27,128 nt of DNA from a virus (Duplodnaviria; Caudoviricetes): the IMG/VR virus record IMGVR_UViG_3300048577_000305, positions 1 to 27,128 of that record. One strand, given 5' to 3'. Below are positions 1 through 7,744 of this stretch, in pieces (position 1 is the stretch's first letter; each line of letters opens with the position of its first letter). Below the pieces are notes generated by a model. That model searched no databases. It had not been told where the DNA came from and was given only the letters and a program-made list of their open reading frames with translations. Both the position numbers and the translations under genes were made by a program.

Positions 1-209
1 TCGCGCGACGTCAGGCCTTCCCGGGCGGCCGTCTGCACCATCTTCTGGCCGTGCTCGTCGGTGCCGGTGAGGAAATGCACGTCGAAGCCGTCGAGCCGCA
101 TGAAGCGGGCGATCGCGTCGGTGGCGATCACCTCGTAGGCATGGCCGATATGGGGCGCGCCGTTCGGATAGGCGATCGCGGTGGTGAGGTAGTATCGCTT
201 GGAGGCCAT
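1..209 (-). CDS. metG: Methionyl-tRNA synthetase, 5' part (runs off the window start)
   Basis: Manual translation from ATG at 209: [26 protein letters not shown]...[11 protein letters not shown], with the class I aaRS HIGH motif. holB-metG synteny is typical of alphaproteobacteria. Not in the ORF track. Confidence 0.96.
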   Translation of the reverse strand, partial: MASKRYYLTTAIAYPNGAPHIGHAYEVIATDAIARFMRLDGFDVHFLTGTDEHGQKMVQTAAREGLTSR

Positions 210-246
210 GATCTGCAGCTCGCAGCAATCAGGTGACGGGTTTCCC

Positions 247-349
247 GTCATTCCGGGGCGCGGCGAAGCCGCGAACCCGGAATCCAGCCGCAGGCACGGC
301 ATTGGTGGCTGGATTCCGGGTCCGGCGCTTCGCGCCGTCCCGGAATGAC
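247..349. repeat. Palindromic intergenic repeat (RIME/CIR/REP-like cruciform element)
   Basis: Terminal inverted repeat GTCATTCCGGG...CCCGGAATGAC, inner stem ACCCGGAATCCAGCC/GGCTGGATTCCGGGT, and side hairpins CGCGGC-GAA-GCCGCG and GGCGC-TTC-GCGCC. Confidence 0.8.
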
Positions 350-380
350 CGGGCTCATCGAGAAGGTCGCCGTCTGGGTA

Positions 381-1433
381 TCAACCCCGTGCCGCCTCGG
401 CAAGCCAGCCGAACACGGCGAACACCAGCGCCCGGCGGTCGAGATTGAGGGTGAGGGTGTCGCGGGCGGCGGCGTCGAGGCGCGACCACGCCTCGGCATA
501 GGGGGCGAGCCGGCCGACCGCCTGCGGCTCGCGGCGCAGCTCGCGGCTCAGCCAGTCGCGCACCGTCTCGACGAAGGTCTCGACCAGCTCGCGGTCGGCC
601 CGCTCCAGGGCGTCGCCGAGCGCGTGCAGGCCGCGCGGGTCCGGGCTCGGCACCTGGGCGAGCAGCGCCGTCACCTTGTCGCGCAACGCCAGCAGCGGCC
701 CGCCCGACAGGGCGATGGCGCGGGCGACGCAACCGTCGGCGGCGGCCGCCGCCGCGGTGAGGCCGGGATCGTCCGGCGCGCGACCGAGCGCGGTCGCGGC
801 AGCGACGATCACGTCCGGCACCGACAGCGGGCGCAGCGTCAGCATGCGGCAGCGCGACCTTATCGTCGGCAGCAGCCGGCCCGGCGAGTGGCTGACCAGG
901 AGCAGCAGCGCGCGCTGCGGCGGCTCCTCCAGGATCTTCAGCAAGGCATTGGCGCCTTCGGGATATTTCAGCTCCTCGGCGGCGTCGACCAGGCACACCC
1001 GCCAGCCGCCGCCGGTGGCGGTGGCACCGAAGAAGCCGACCGTCTCGCGCACCTGGTCGACCGTGATGACGGTGCGCACCGTCTCGGTCTTCTCGCCCGG
1101 CGTGCGCTCGAGCGCCAGAAGCGCCCCTTCGGTCGAAGCCGTGACGCGACGCACCACCGGGTGGTCGGCCGGCAGCGCCAGCGAGGTCGCGGCCTGCACG
1201 GCCGGCGCGGCCGGGTCCGGATGCGCCAGGACGAAGCGGGCGAACCGGTAGGCGAGCGTCGCCTTGCCGATGCCGGCCGGCCCGCTGATCAGCCAGGCAT
1301 GCGGCACCCGCCCGGACTTGTAGGCGCCCAGCAGCGTCGCCTCGGCGGCGGCGTGGCCGACCAGGTCGAGGGTCTCGCGCGGATGCGGAACCGCGACGCC
1401 CTCGTCGCGAGCGACGCGCGGGGCCCGGCTCAC
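381..1433 (-). CDS. holB: DNA polymerase III subunit delta'
   Basis: PHAWLISGPAGIGKATLAYRFAR (Walker A-like), ANALLKILEEPP and LLPTIRSRC motifs. GTG start at 1433 overlaps the tmk stop (GTGA). The longer 494-aa ORF call is over-extended. Confidence 0.95.
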   Translation of the reverse strand: MSRAPRVARDEGVAVPHPRETLDLVGHAAAEATLLGAYKSGRVPHAWLISGPAGIGKATLAYRFARFVLAHPDPAAPAVQAATSLALPADHPVVRRVTASTEGALLALERTPGEKTETVRTVITVDQVRETVGFFGATATGGGWRVCLVDAAEELKYPEGANALLKILEEPPQRALLLLVSHSPGRLLPTIRSRCRMLTLRPLSVPDVIVAAATALGRAPDDPGLTAAAAAADGCVARAIALSGGPLLALRDKVTALLAQVPSPDPRGLHALGDALERADRELVETFVETVRDWLSRELRREPQAVGRLAPYAEAWSRLDAAARDTLTLNLDRRALVFAVFGWLAEAARG

Positions 1434-2143
1434 GGCACGGCCACGGCGTCGCGGACGGGCTCCGGCGCACCGGCCGGAGGCGGCGCCGCCTGCGGCTCGC
1501 TCTCCACCTGGGCGGCGCCGAGGCGGGCGCAGACCGTCGTCCACACCTCGTCCGAGATGCGGTGGGGCGGCGGCTCGGCGTCGACGACGACGCAGCGCTC
1601 CGGCTCGGCGGCGGCGATCACCCGGTAGGCGTCGCGCAGCGCGGCATGAAACGCCAGCGCCTCGCCCTCGAAGCGGTCCACCGCCCCGCCCTCGCGCCGA
1701 CCGGCGGCGCGGGCGAGCCCGAGCTCGGCCGGCAGGTCCAGAATGATGGTCAGATCCGGCCTGGTGTCGCCGACCGTGACGCGCTCCAGCGCCCGGATCA
1801 CGGTGTCGTCGACCTTGCCGACGGCGCCCTGGTAGACGCGGGTCGAGTCGGCGAAGCGGTCGCACACCACCCAGGCGCCGCGCTCCAGCGCCGGCCGGAT
1901 GGTTCTCTCCAGATGGTCGGCGCGCGCCGCCGCGAACAGGATGGCCTCCGCCGCGGGCCCGAGCGGTTTGGCGGCCCCGGAGAGCAGCACGTGGCGCACC
2001 ATCTCGGCGCCGGGCGAGCCGCCGGGCTCGCGGGTCAGCACCACCGAGATGCCGAGCGTGCGCAGGCGGCCGGCCAGCAGCGACGCCTGGGTCGACTTGC
2101 CGGAGCCCTCCCCGCCCTCGAAGGTGATGAACTTGCCGCGCAT
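1430..2143 (-). CDS. tmk: Thymidylate (dTMP) kinase
   Basis: MRGKFITFEGGEGSGKSTQ P-loop, TREPGG, CDRFADSTRVYQG and PDLTIILD motifs. It is the C-terminal part of the 677-aa track ORF. Confidence 0.96.
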   Translation of the reverse strand: MRGKFITFEGGEGSGKSTQASLLAGRLRTLGISVVLTREPGGSPGAEMVRHVLLSGAAKPLGPAAEAILFAAARADHLERTIRPALERGAWVVCDRFADSTRVYQGAVGKVDDTVIRALERVTVGDTRPDLTIILDLPAELGLARAAGRREGGAVDRFEGEALAFHAALRDAYRVIAAAEPERCVVVDAEPPPHRISDEVWTTVCARLGAAQVESEPQAAPPPAGAPEPVRDAVAVP

Positions 2144-2172
2144 CCTGGTCTCCGCGTCCCCGTTGCGCGGCG

Positions 2173-3429
2173 CTAGATGCGCGCGAATCCGGACTTGATC
2201 CAGCCGATCACCAGCTCGGTCACGACGTCGACGGCGCGTTGCGGCAGGTTGCCGACCTCGACGGCCTCGGCGGCCTTCAGCGGCACCTCCAGCGTGACGT
2301 TGTCGCCGCGCAGCACCCGCAGGCGCCCCACCACCTGGCCCTCGGCCACCGGCGCGCGCACCGGCCCCGTGTAGACGATGCGGGCCGAGATGCGGTCGTT
2401 GCTGTTCTTCGGAATCAGCACCGAGACGGCGCCCTTGGCGACCAGCGGCACGCTGCCCTGGGCGCCGCCGAACACCTTGGCGTCGCCGATGATCTGGCCG
2501 TCGGCGAACAGCGGGCGCGCCTCGAAGCCGGAGAAGCCCCAGTCGAGCAGGCGCTTGCCCTCGTCGGCGCGGTCCTTGGCGGTCTTCAGGCCGTTGATCG
2601 CCACGATCAGCCGCAGCCCGTTCTGCAGGGCCGAGCCGACCAGGCCGTAGCCGCCGTCGCTGGTGAACCCGGTCTTCATGCCGTCGGCGCCGATGTTGAG
2701 CGGCAGCAGCGGGTTGCGGTTGAGCTGGCGGATCTTGTTCCAGGTGAACTCGCGCTCGCCGTAGATCGGGTAGAAGTCCGGATAGGTCTTGTTGATGTGC
2801 TGGGCGAGCTTGGCGAGCTCCCGCATGGTCACCAGATTGGCCGGGTCCGACAGGCCGGTGGCGTTGCCGAAGGTCGAGCGGGTCAGGCCGAGCTCGCGGG
2901 CCCGCTTGGTCATCATCTGGGCGTAGCTGCGCTCGTTGCCGGCGATGCCTTCGGCGAGCGCGATGGCGGCGTCGTTGCCCGACTGGATGATGAGCCCGCG
3001 CAGCAGATCCTCGACCCGCACCTTGCTGTGGATCGGCGCGAACATGCTGGAGGTGTGCGACGGCGCGCCGCCGCGCCGCCAGGCGTCCTCGCTGACCGTG
3101 AGCTCCTGGTCGAGCGCCAGCCGGCCGGCCTTGATCTCGTTGAAGACGACCTCGGCCGTCATCAGCTTGGCGAGGCTGGACGGCGGGCTCGGCACGTCGG
3201 CGGACTTCTCGTACAGGACCGTGCCGGTCTCGGCGTCGATCAGGATGGCGTAGGGCGCGGCGGTCTGGAAACCGTCGTCCTTCTTGGCGCCGGAGACCGG
3301 GTTGTTGGCGGCGCCCGCAGCGGCGACCAAGGCCAGCACGAGGGCGAGCACCAGCCCGGAGGCGCCGACGAGGCCGCCGCCCCGAACGCGCGCGCGGGCC
3401 GCCCGCAGGCGGCGAAGCAATCGAATCAT
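2173..3429 (-). CDS. dacA: D-alanyl-D-alanine carboxypeptidase (PBP5/6 family)
   Basis: SxxK (SLAK), SxN (SGN) and KTG motifs, an N-terminal signal peptide and a PBP5 C-terminal domain (GPVRAPVAEGQVVG). Confidence 0.93.
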   Translation of the reverse strand: MIRLLRRLRAARARVRGGGLVGASGLVLALVLALVAAAGAANNPVSGAKKDDGFQTAAPYAILIDAETGTVLYEKSADVPSPPSSLAKLMTAEVVFNEIKAGRLALDQELTVSEDAWRRGGAPSHTSSMFAPIHSKVRVEDLLRGLIIQSGNDAAIALAEGIAGNERSYAQMMTKRARELGLTRSTFGNATGLSDPANLVTMRELAKLAQHINKTYPDFYPIYGEREFTWNKIRQLNRNPLLPLNIGADGMKTGFTSDGGYGLVGSALQNGLRLIVAINGLKTAKDRADEGKRLLDWGFSGFEARPLFADGQIIGDAKVFGGAQGSVPLVAKGAVSVLIPKNSNDRISARIVYTGPVRAPVAEGQVVGRLRVLRGDNVTLEVPLKAAEAVEVGNLPQRAVDVVTELVIGWIKSGFARI

Positions 3430-3554
3430 GGCCGTCGAGTCCCACCAGAGTTGGCCGGAACAATGGCGCGGCCGGCCCGCCGGGACAATGGCGCGGCGGA
3501 ACCGGGCAGAAAAAATGCTTGTTAAACTGATGGTTGTGCCGCGACGCTCGCAGC

Positions 3555-4487
3555 CTAGTAGAGGCCGCGGCCGGTCATCACGGCCGGCAGGGGCTCGCGT
3601 TTCAGCCGCGATTCGGCTGCCGCAAAGGTCGTGGCCGGGGTCTTGGCGCCGCGGTCACGGCCTGACGCCACCACGGGCATGTCATCGGCGGGGGTGCGGT
3701 CGCGCTGCGACGTGCGCCCCGAGGACCGCGACGGCGGCGCCGACGGCGGCTCGTCGAGCCCGAGATTGAAGGGCCGCTCCGGCGGCATCGGGACGCCGCT
3801 GCGGGGCGGCGGTGGGCCGGCCAGATTCGGAAGGAAGGGCCGGGTCGCCGCCACCATCACCAGCGACGGCGCCGGCGCCGGCTGGCCGTGGCGCAGCGTC
3901 GCCATCAGCAGCCCGTCGTCCGACCCTTCGAGCGGAGCGCGGCCGACATACTCCACCCGCACCCGCGCCGTGCCGTTCGACTGGAAGCCGAGCATGTCGG
4001 CGGCCTTGATGGAGACGTCGACCAGCCGACCCTTGTGGAACGGACCGCGGTCGTTGACGCGCAGCACGATCGAACGGTTGTTGCCGAGATTGGTCACCCG
4101 GATGTAGCTCGGCATCGGCAGGGTCGGGTGCGCCGCCGACATGCTGTGCATGTCGAACACCTCGCCGTTCGCCGTGAGCCGCCCGTGGAAGTCGGGACCG
4201 TACCAGGAGGCGAGGCCCTCGGCCCGGTAGTTGACGTCCTCCTCGGGGACGTACATGCGGCCGCCCACCATGTAGGGCTTGCCGATCCGGTAGCCGCCGC
4301 CGCCTTTCGGCACCGGGTCGCCGGGCTCGACGACGCGCGGGCTCGCGGCGACGCCGTAACGCGGATCGATCTGTGGAAACAGCTTGCCGCCGGACCCCGA
4401 GCATTGCGCCAGCAGGAGGCACGCGGCCGCGGTCGCGCCGACGCGCGCCAGTGGCCTCAGCCGTCCCCGCATCTCCCCCCGGATCAT
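3555..4487 (-). CDS. rlpA: Septal ring lytic transglycosylase RlpA family lipoprotein
   Basis: DPBB motifs GLASWYGPDFHGRLTANGE, AAHPTLPMPS, VNDRGPF and lipobox-like LLLAQC. Start is uncertain (4487 or 4472). The C-terminus is Pro-rich and no SPOR domain is recognisable. Confidence 0.9.
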   Translation of the reverse strand: MIRGEMRGRLRPLARVGATAAACLLLAQCSGSGGKLFPQIDPRYGVAASPRVVEPGDPVPKGGGGYRIGKPYMVGGRMYVPEEDVNYRAEGLASWYGPDFHGRLTANGEVFDMHSMSAAHPTLPMPSYIRVTNLGNNRSIVLRVNDRGPFHKGRLVDVSIKAADMLGFQSNGTARVRVEYVGRAPLEGSDDGLLMATLRHGQPAPAPSLVMVAATRPFLPNLAGPPPPRSGVPMPPERPFNLGLDEPPSAPPSRSSGRTSQRDRTPADDMPVVASGRDRGAKTPATTFAAAESRLKREPLPAVMTGRGLY

Positions 4488-4790
4488 CCGACGAGGACCC
4501 CCTCCCTTGCCGTGGACGCCGAATGCGCGCCCCGTTCCCCCTGAACGAGACGCTCGACCATCCACGGACGAACCGCCGCGCCTCCCTCGGGAGTCGCAAC
4601 CGGTTCGGGCCTCACGATACGCGACCGCACCACGGTGCGGAACCGAAACACTTTGGCAAGGTAAATGAGCCGGAAAGAAGACACTCGGGCGCAGCCCGGC
4701 CGGTCAGCGGGGCCGGCCGGTGACGCGGCCCCGATCGCGCCGCGCCGGATGCGATCGTATCCCGCATTCGCCGCTCCGGCGGCGCGGCCG

Positions 4791-4822
4791 GAGCGCGAGA
4801 CCGAAAGAGCGCGAGACCGAAA
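4791..4822. repeat. Perfect 16-bp tandem duplication (GAGCGCGAGACCGAAA x2)
   Basis: Read directly at 4791-4806 and 4807-4822. Confidence 0.9.
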
Positions 4823-4839
4823 GCCGGTCCGGCCTGCGA

Positions 4840-5010
4840 TCAGACCCGCTTGTCGACGAGCTGCCCGACCCCGGGCGTCGTGGCGGCCTGCACGGGCTTC
4901 GCCTGCACGGCCTTGTCGTCGCTGTCGCTGTCGCGGTCCGGGGCGGGCCTTTCGGACCGTTCCGGCGGCTTCGGCATGACCGGCGTCGAGCCGATCGCGG
5001 ATACGCTCAT
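4840..5010 (-). CDS. Small protein (56 aa) with a YjfB-like C-terminal motif
   Basis: GGAG RBS before ATG at 5010. Sequence MSVSAIGSTP...AATTPGVGQLVDKRV, whose terminal G-x-G-x-x-V-D-x-x-V resembles YjfB/putative motility small proteins. Confidence 0.6.
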   Translation of the reverse strand: MSVSAIGSTPVMPKPPERSERPAPDRDSDSDDKAVQAKPVQAATTPGVGQLVDKRV

Positions 5011-5356
5011 GACAACTCCCTGATGGCGGCGCCTCGGCCGCGGCCTTGTTGCGGGCCGGCGAGGCCCGAGACGCGCAGCCGGCTCTTCGGGCTCCGCCGC
5101 GCGCATGTGCGAGCCGGCATGATGGCGACCATTCGTTGGCATTCCATTGCTGCGATGTGATGGATTCGCCGGGTCCGGCCCGATTGCGCCGGCCGACGCG
5201 GCCGCACGCGTTCGACCGCCGGCGCGGCTGATCGTCTGCCGGCGCGCGATGCGGGAACGGCTACGCAGTAGAACGGGTGCCGGCCCCGCCCGCACAATCG
5301 GAAACATCCATTAACCGCCCTGGGCTAAGCTCCGGCGAAACCACGAGACAGCCCGC

Positions 5357-5683
5357 ATGCGAACGTCGCGCCGCCTCGGACGCCTGCTCCGCGCCCATGT
5401 CCGGATCGTCTCCGGGCTGGCCGCCGGCGTCGTGCTGATCGCGGTCGGGATCGCCCTGCTGCCGTCGCGAAACTCCTCGGCCCGCACGGGCATCGGCCCC
5501 GAGGGCACCATCCGGCTGGCACCCGATCCCCACAAGCAGTGCCAGCGGCTCGGCTTCGACAACCGCAACGGCGAGTTCCGCGACCGCGGCGTGTCGGCGT
5601 GCGAGCCGGCCGAGGCCGACACCACGGCGGTCGACCGGATGCAGGCCGTGCGCGCCTGGTTCAACCGCGGCACCAGCCGGTAG
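5357..5683 (+). CDS. Hypothetical membrane-anchored/exported protein (108 aa)
   Basis: N-terminal hydrophobic helix (IVSGLAAGVVLIAVGIALL) and a paired-Cys segment C-x5-FDNRNG...C. It fills an otherwise empty gap with typical codon usage. Confidence 0.7.
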   Translation: MRTSRRLGRLLRAHVRIVSGLAAGVVLIAVGIALLPSRNSSARTGIGPEGTIRLAPDPHKQCQRLGFDNRNGEFRDRGVSACEPAEADTTAVDRMQAVRAWFNRGTSR

Positions 5684-5824
5684 CGCGCCATCGGCCGCGA
5701 TCCGCGACGCTGATCACCACGCGAAGCCGCCGCCCCTGCCCCGCGATCGATCGAATGCGCCGCACCGTCCTGCGGGGCTTCCGGGCCGCCGCGACCTCTG
5801 CTAGGCGGGTGTTCCGGCACGACC

Positions 5825-5914
5825 GGACGGGTGGCCGAGTGGTTGAAGGCAGCGGTCTTGAAAACCGCCAGAGGCGCAAGTCTCTCGTGGGTTCGAATCC
5901 CACCCCGTCCGCCA
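5825..5914 (+). tRNA. tRNA-Ser (anticodon TGA)
   Basis: Acceptor stem GGACGGG/CCCGTCC plus GCCA end, anticodon arm GCGGT-CTTGAAA-ACCGC, long variable arm AGAGGCGCAAGTCTCT and T-loop GGTTCGAATCC; 90 nt. Confidence 0.98.
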
Positions 5915-6003
5915 CCCGGTCCGCCCGCCATGGCGGGTGCTGTCGACGTCTGCCGGTCCGCGGCGAATGCGCGGCGGATCCCCGCCGTCTGCTGTCGGCG
6001 CTC

Positions 6004-6049
6004 TGTAGCGCGCAAGATCAAATGGCATAGCGCGCAAGATCAAATGGCA
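6004..6049 (+). repeat. Putative Mu-type right end: terminal TG plus two 22-bp transposase-binding repeats
   Basis: TG at 6004-6005 is followed by TAGCGCGCAAGATCAAATGGCA at 6006-6027 and again, identical, at 6028-6049. It lies about 60 bp beyond the last phage gene. MuA binding sites are about 22 bp and tandem at R1/R2. Confidence 0.75.
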
Positions 6050-6110
6050 ACAGTTTTGCTCTGACCTGAAGCGCGATCGAAGGGCCTTCGACACCCTCTC
6101 ACAACCCTCC

Positions 6111-7118
6111 TCACGACCCCCCTCCTTTCCCCTTAGGATCGGCCGTCACCGAGATGGTCGAGAGCACTGGCTGGCCCTTGGCCCACGTGGTCTCGATGCT
6201 CTCCGAGAGCCACACCCCGTCGACCCCGTCGCCGAAGCCCGCGGCGATCACCTTGGCGCCGGCCGACCAGGCCGGGTTGAACGGCACGATGAAGTGGCCG
6301 CCGCCGGTCGCCATGGTCAGCTCGGTCGCCCGCGCCTCGGCGGCGCGCTTCGCCTCGTCCTCGCTCGGTCGCGGGTGCAGCAGCGTGTGGGTCGGCCCCT
6401 TGCTGCCGGCCTTGTGGTCGACGGTCTTCCGCCGGCCGGTCTTCGGGTCGTGCCAGGCCGCCACCACCTTGCCGTGCCGAGGGCGCGGTGTGCCGTGGAT
6501 GCGCCAGCCGGCGCAGCCGATCCGGGTGACGAGGATCGGCGGCAGCTCGGCCCCGCCCACCCCTTTGCCGCTGCCCCGCTTGGTGACGGTCAGCTTGCCC
6601 CCGGCCGGCTTGACGATACCGCCCGCCTCGGCCGCGATCCGGGTCGCGAAGTCGATCGGGCTCGCCTCCCAGCGCAGCACATAGGGCAGCTTCACGCCGG
6701 CCAGCGCCGGGTCGATGGCGACCGACAACCCCGCCGCCTTGGCGGTGTCGCCCAGCACGTCCTTCAGCGTCTTGTCGTCCCAGTGCTTCAGGCCGCCGGC
6801 CTTGATGTCGCCCGTCATGGTGGCGGCCCGGGCCTTGATCACGATGGTCTCCGGCCCGTTCTCGCAGCCGGCTTCCCAGTCGTTGACCTTGAACTGCCCG
6901 AGCATCGCGACACCCGACTCGGCCCAGCCCGCCATGGCGACCAGGATGTCGTCCTCCTGCGGCAGCGGGATCTGGCGCCAGTCGTCGTCGAGCTCGACCT
7001 CGAAGGTGTCGTTCTCGCCGCCGGCCGCGTCGTGGAAGGTGGCGCGCAGGAAGTAGGCGCCCATCGGCCCCGCCAGGAGGTCGGCCCCACCCTTCCAGAC
7101 CTGGATGATCGGGGTCAC
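6111..7118 (-). CDS. Phage late control/baseplate hub protein, P2 gpD-like
   Basis: HDAAGGENDTFEVELDD and WEASPIDFATRIAAEAGGIVKPAGGKL motifs; follows gpX. GTG start overlaps the gpX stop. Confidence 0.85.
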   Translation of the reverse strand: MTPIIQVWKGGADLLAGPMGAYFLRATFHDAAGGENDTFEVELDDDWRQIPLPQEDDILVAMAGWAESGVAMLGQFKVNDWEAGCENGPETIVIKARAATMTGDIKAGGLKHWDDKTLKDVLGDTAKAAGLSVAIDPALAGVKLPYVLRWEASPIDFATRIAAEAGGIVKPAGGKLTVTKRGSGKGVGGAELPPILVTRIGCAGWRIHGTPRPRHGKVVAAWHDPKTGRRKTVDHKAGSKGPTHTLLHPRPSEDEAKRAAEARATELTMATGGGHFIVPFNPAWSAGAKVIAAGFGDGVDGVWLSESIETTWAKGQPVLSTISVTADPKGKGGGS

Positions 7119-7351
7119 GCGTCGCCCCAGATGCGGGCGACGGTCCGGCGCACCGGCCCGGAGGCCTGCCGCGGCGGCAGCGCGATCACGGTGCCGACCG
7201 GCACGATCGGCCCGAGCTGCGACAGGCCCGGGTTGAGGGCCAGGATCGCCTCGACGGTGCCGCCCCGCTCGCTGCCCAGCTCGGCCCTGGCGATATGGTC
7301 GAGCCGCAGCCCGTCGCGCCGCACCGTGTAGCGCCGGTCGATCGCACTCAT
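7115..7351 (-). CDS. Tail protein X (P2 gpX, LysM-like)
   Basis: GLRLDHIARAELG...VEAILALNPGL...VPVGTVIALP...IWG; ATG overlaps the gpU stop. Confidence 0.88.
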   Translation of the reverse strand: MSAIDRRYTVRRDGLRLDHIARAELGSERGGTVEAILALNPGLSQLGPIVPVGTVIALPPRQASGPVRRTVARIWGDA

Positions 7352-7728
7352 CCTGCATACCCCTTCAGCTCGACCGTGAAGGCGACCTTCTTGCCGCCAT
7401 AGGTCTCCAGGTCGGACACCCGCTCGATCGTCACGGTGCCGAGCACCCGGGCCGAGAAGCCGCGGCCCATGCGCAGCATCGGCAGCGGCCGGCCGGCGAG
7501 CTGGCTCGCCCGGATGCCCTCGTAGTCGGGCAGCCCGCCGATCTCGTCCGGCCACAGCGTGCCGCGGATGCTCATCGTCGGGCGCTTGTGGCCGTGCATC
7601 TGGGCGCCGTCGACGAGCCCGAAGCGCGGCACGTCGACCCACACGGATTCCGAGCCGGTCTCGATCTCCTGGCCGTTGAGGCCGACCACCAGGAAGACAT
7701 GGGGCCCGAGCGCCATCAGCCGGGACAT
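7348..7728 (-). CDS. Tail protein U (P2 gpU-like tube initiator)
   Basis: MSRLMALGPHVF...MSIRGTLWP...KVAFTVELKGY; located between tape measure and gpX. Confidence 0.85.
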   Translation of the reverse strand: MSRLMALGPHVFLVVGLNGQEIETGSESVWVDVPRFGLVDGAQMHGHKRPTMSIRGTLWPDEIGGLPDYEGIRASQLAGRPLPMLRMGRGFSARVLGTVTIERVSDLETYGGKKVAFTVELKGYAG

Positions 7729-7744
7729 GGTCGCGCCCTCCGCC

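Noticed and set aside
5922-5940. Palindrome CCCGCCATGGCGGG after the tRNA as a terminator
   Set aside because: No U-tract follows and the loop is minimal, so it is not a supportable intrinsic terminator.
5870-6003. tRNA-Ser as attB/attL of an integrase-type prophage
   Set aside because: No integrase is adjacent and no duplicate tRNA 3' end is in the window, while the phage has Mu-type genes and end. It cannot be fully excluded without the other end.
6006-6049. 22-bp direct repeats as a CRISPR array
   Set aside because: Only two copies, no spacer and no cas genes; better explained as transposase-binding sites.
5311-6094. ORFs overlapping the tRNA (5311-6021, 5539-6030, 5661-5915, 5801-6094, 5831-6064)
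   Set aside because: They are translations of tRNA and intergenic sequence.
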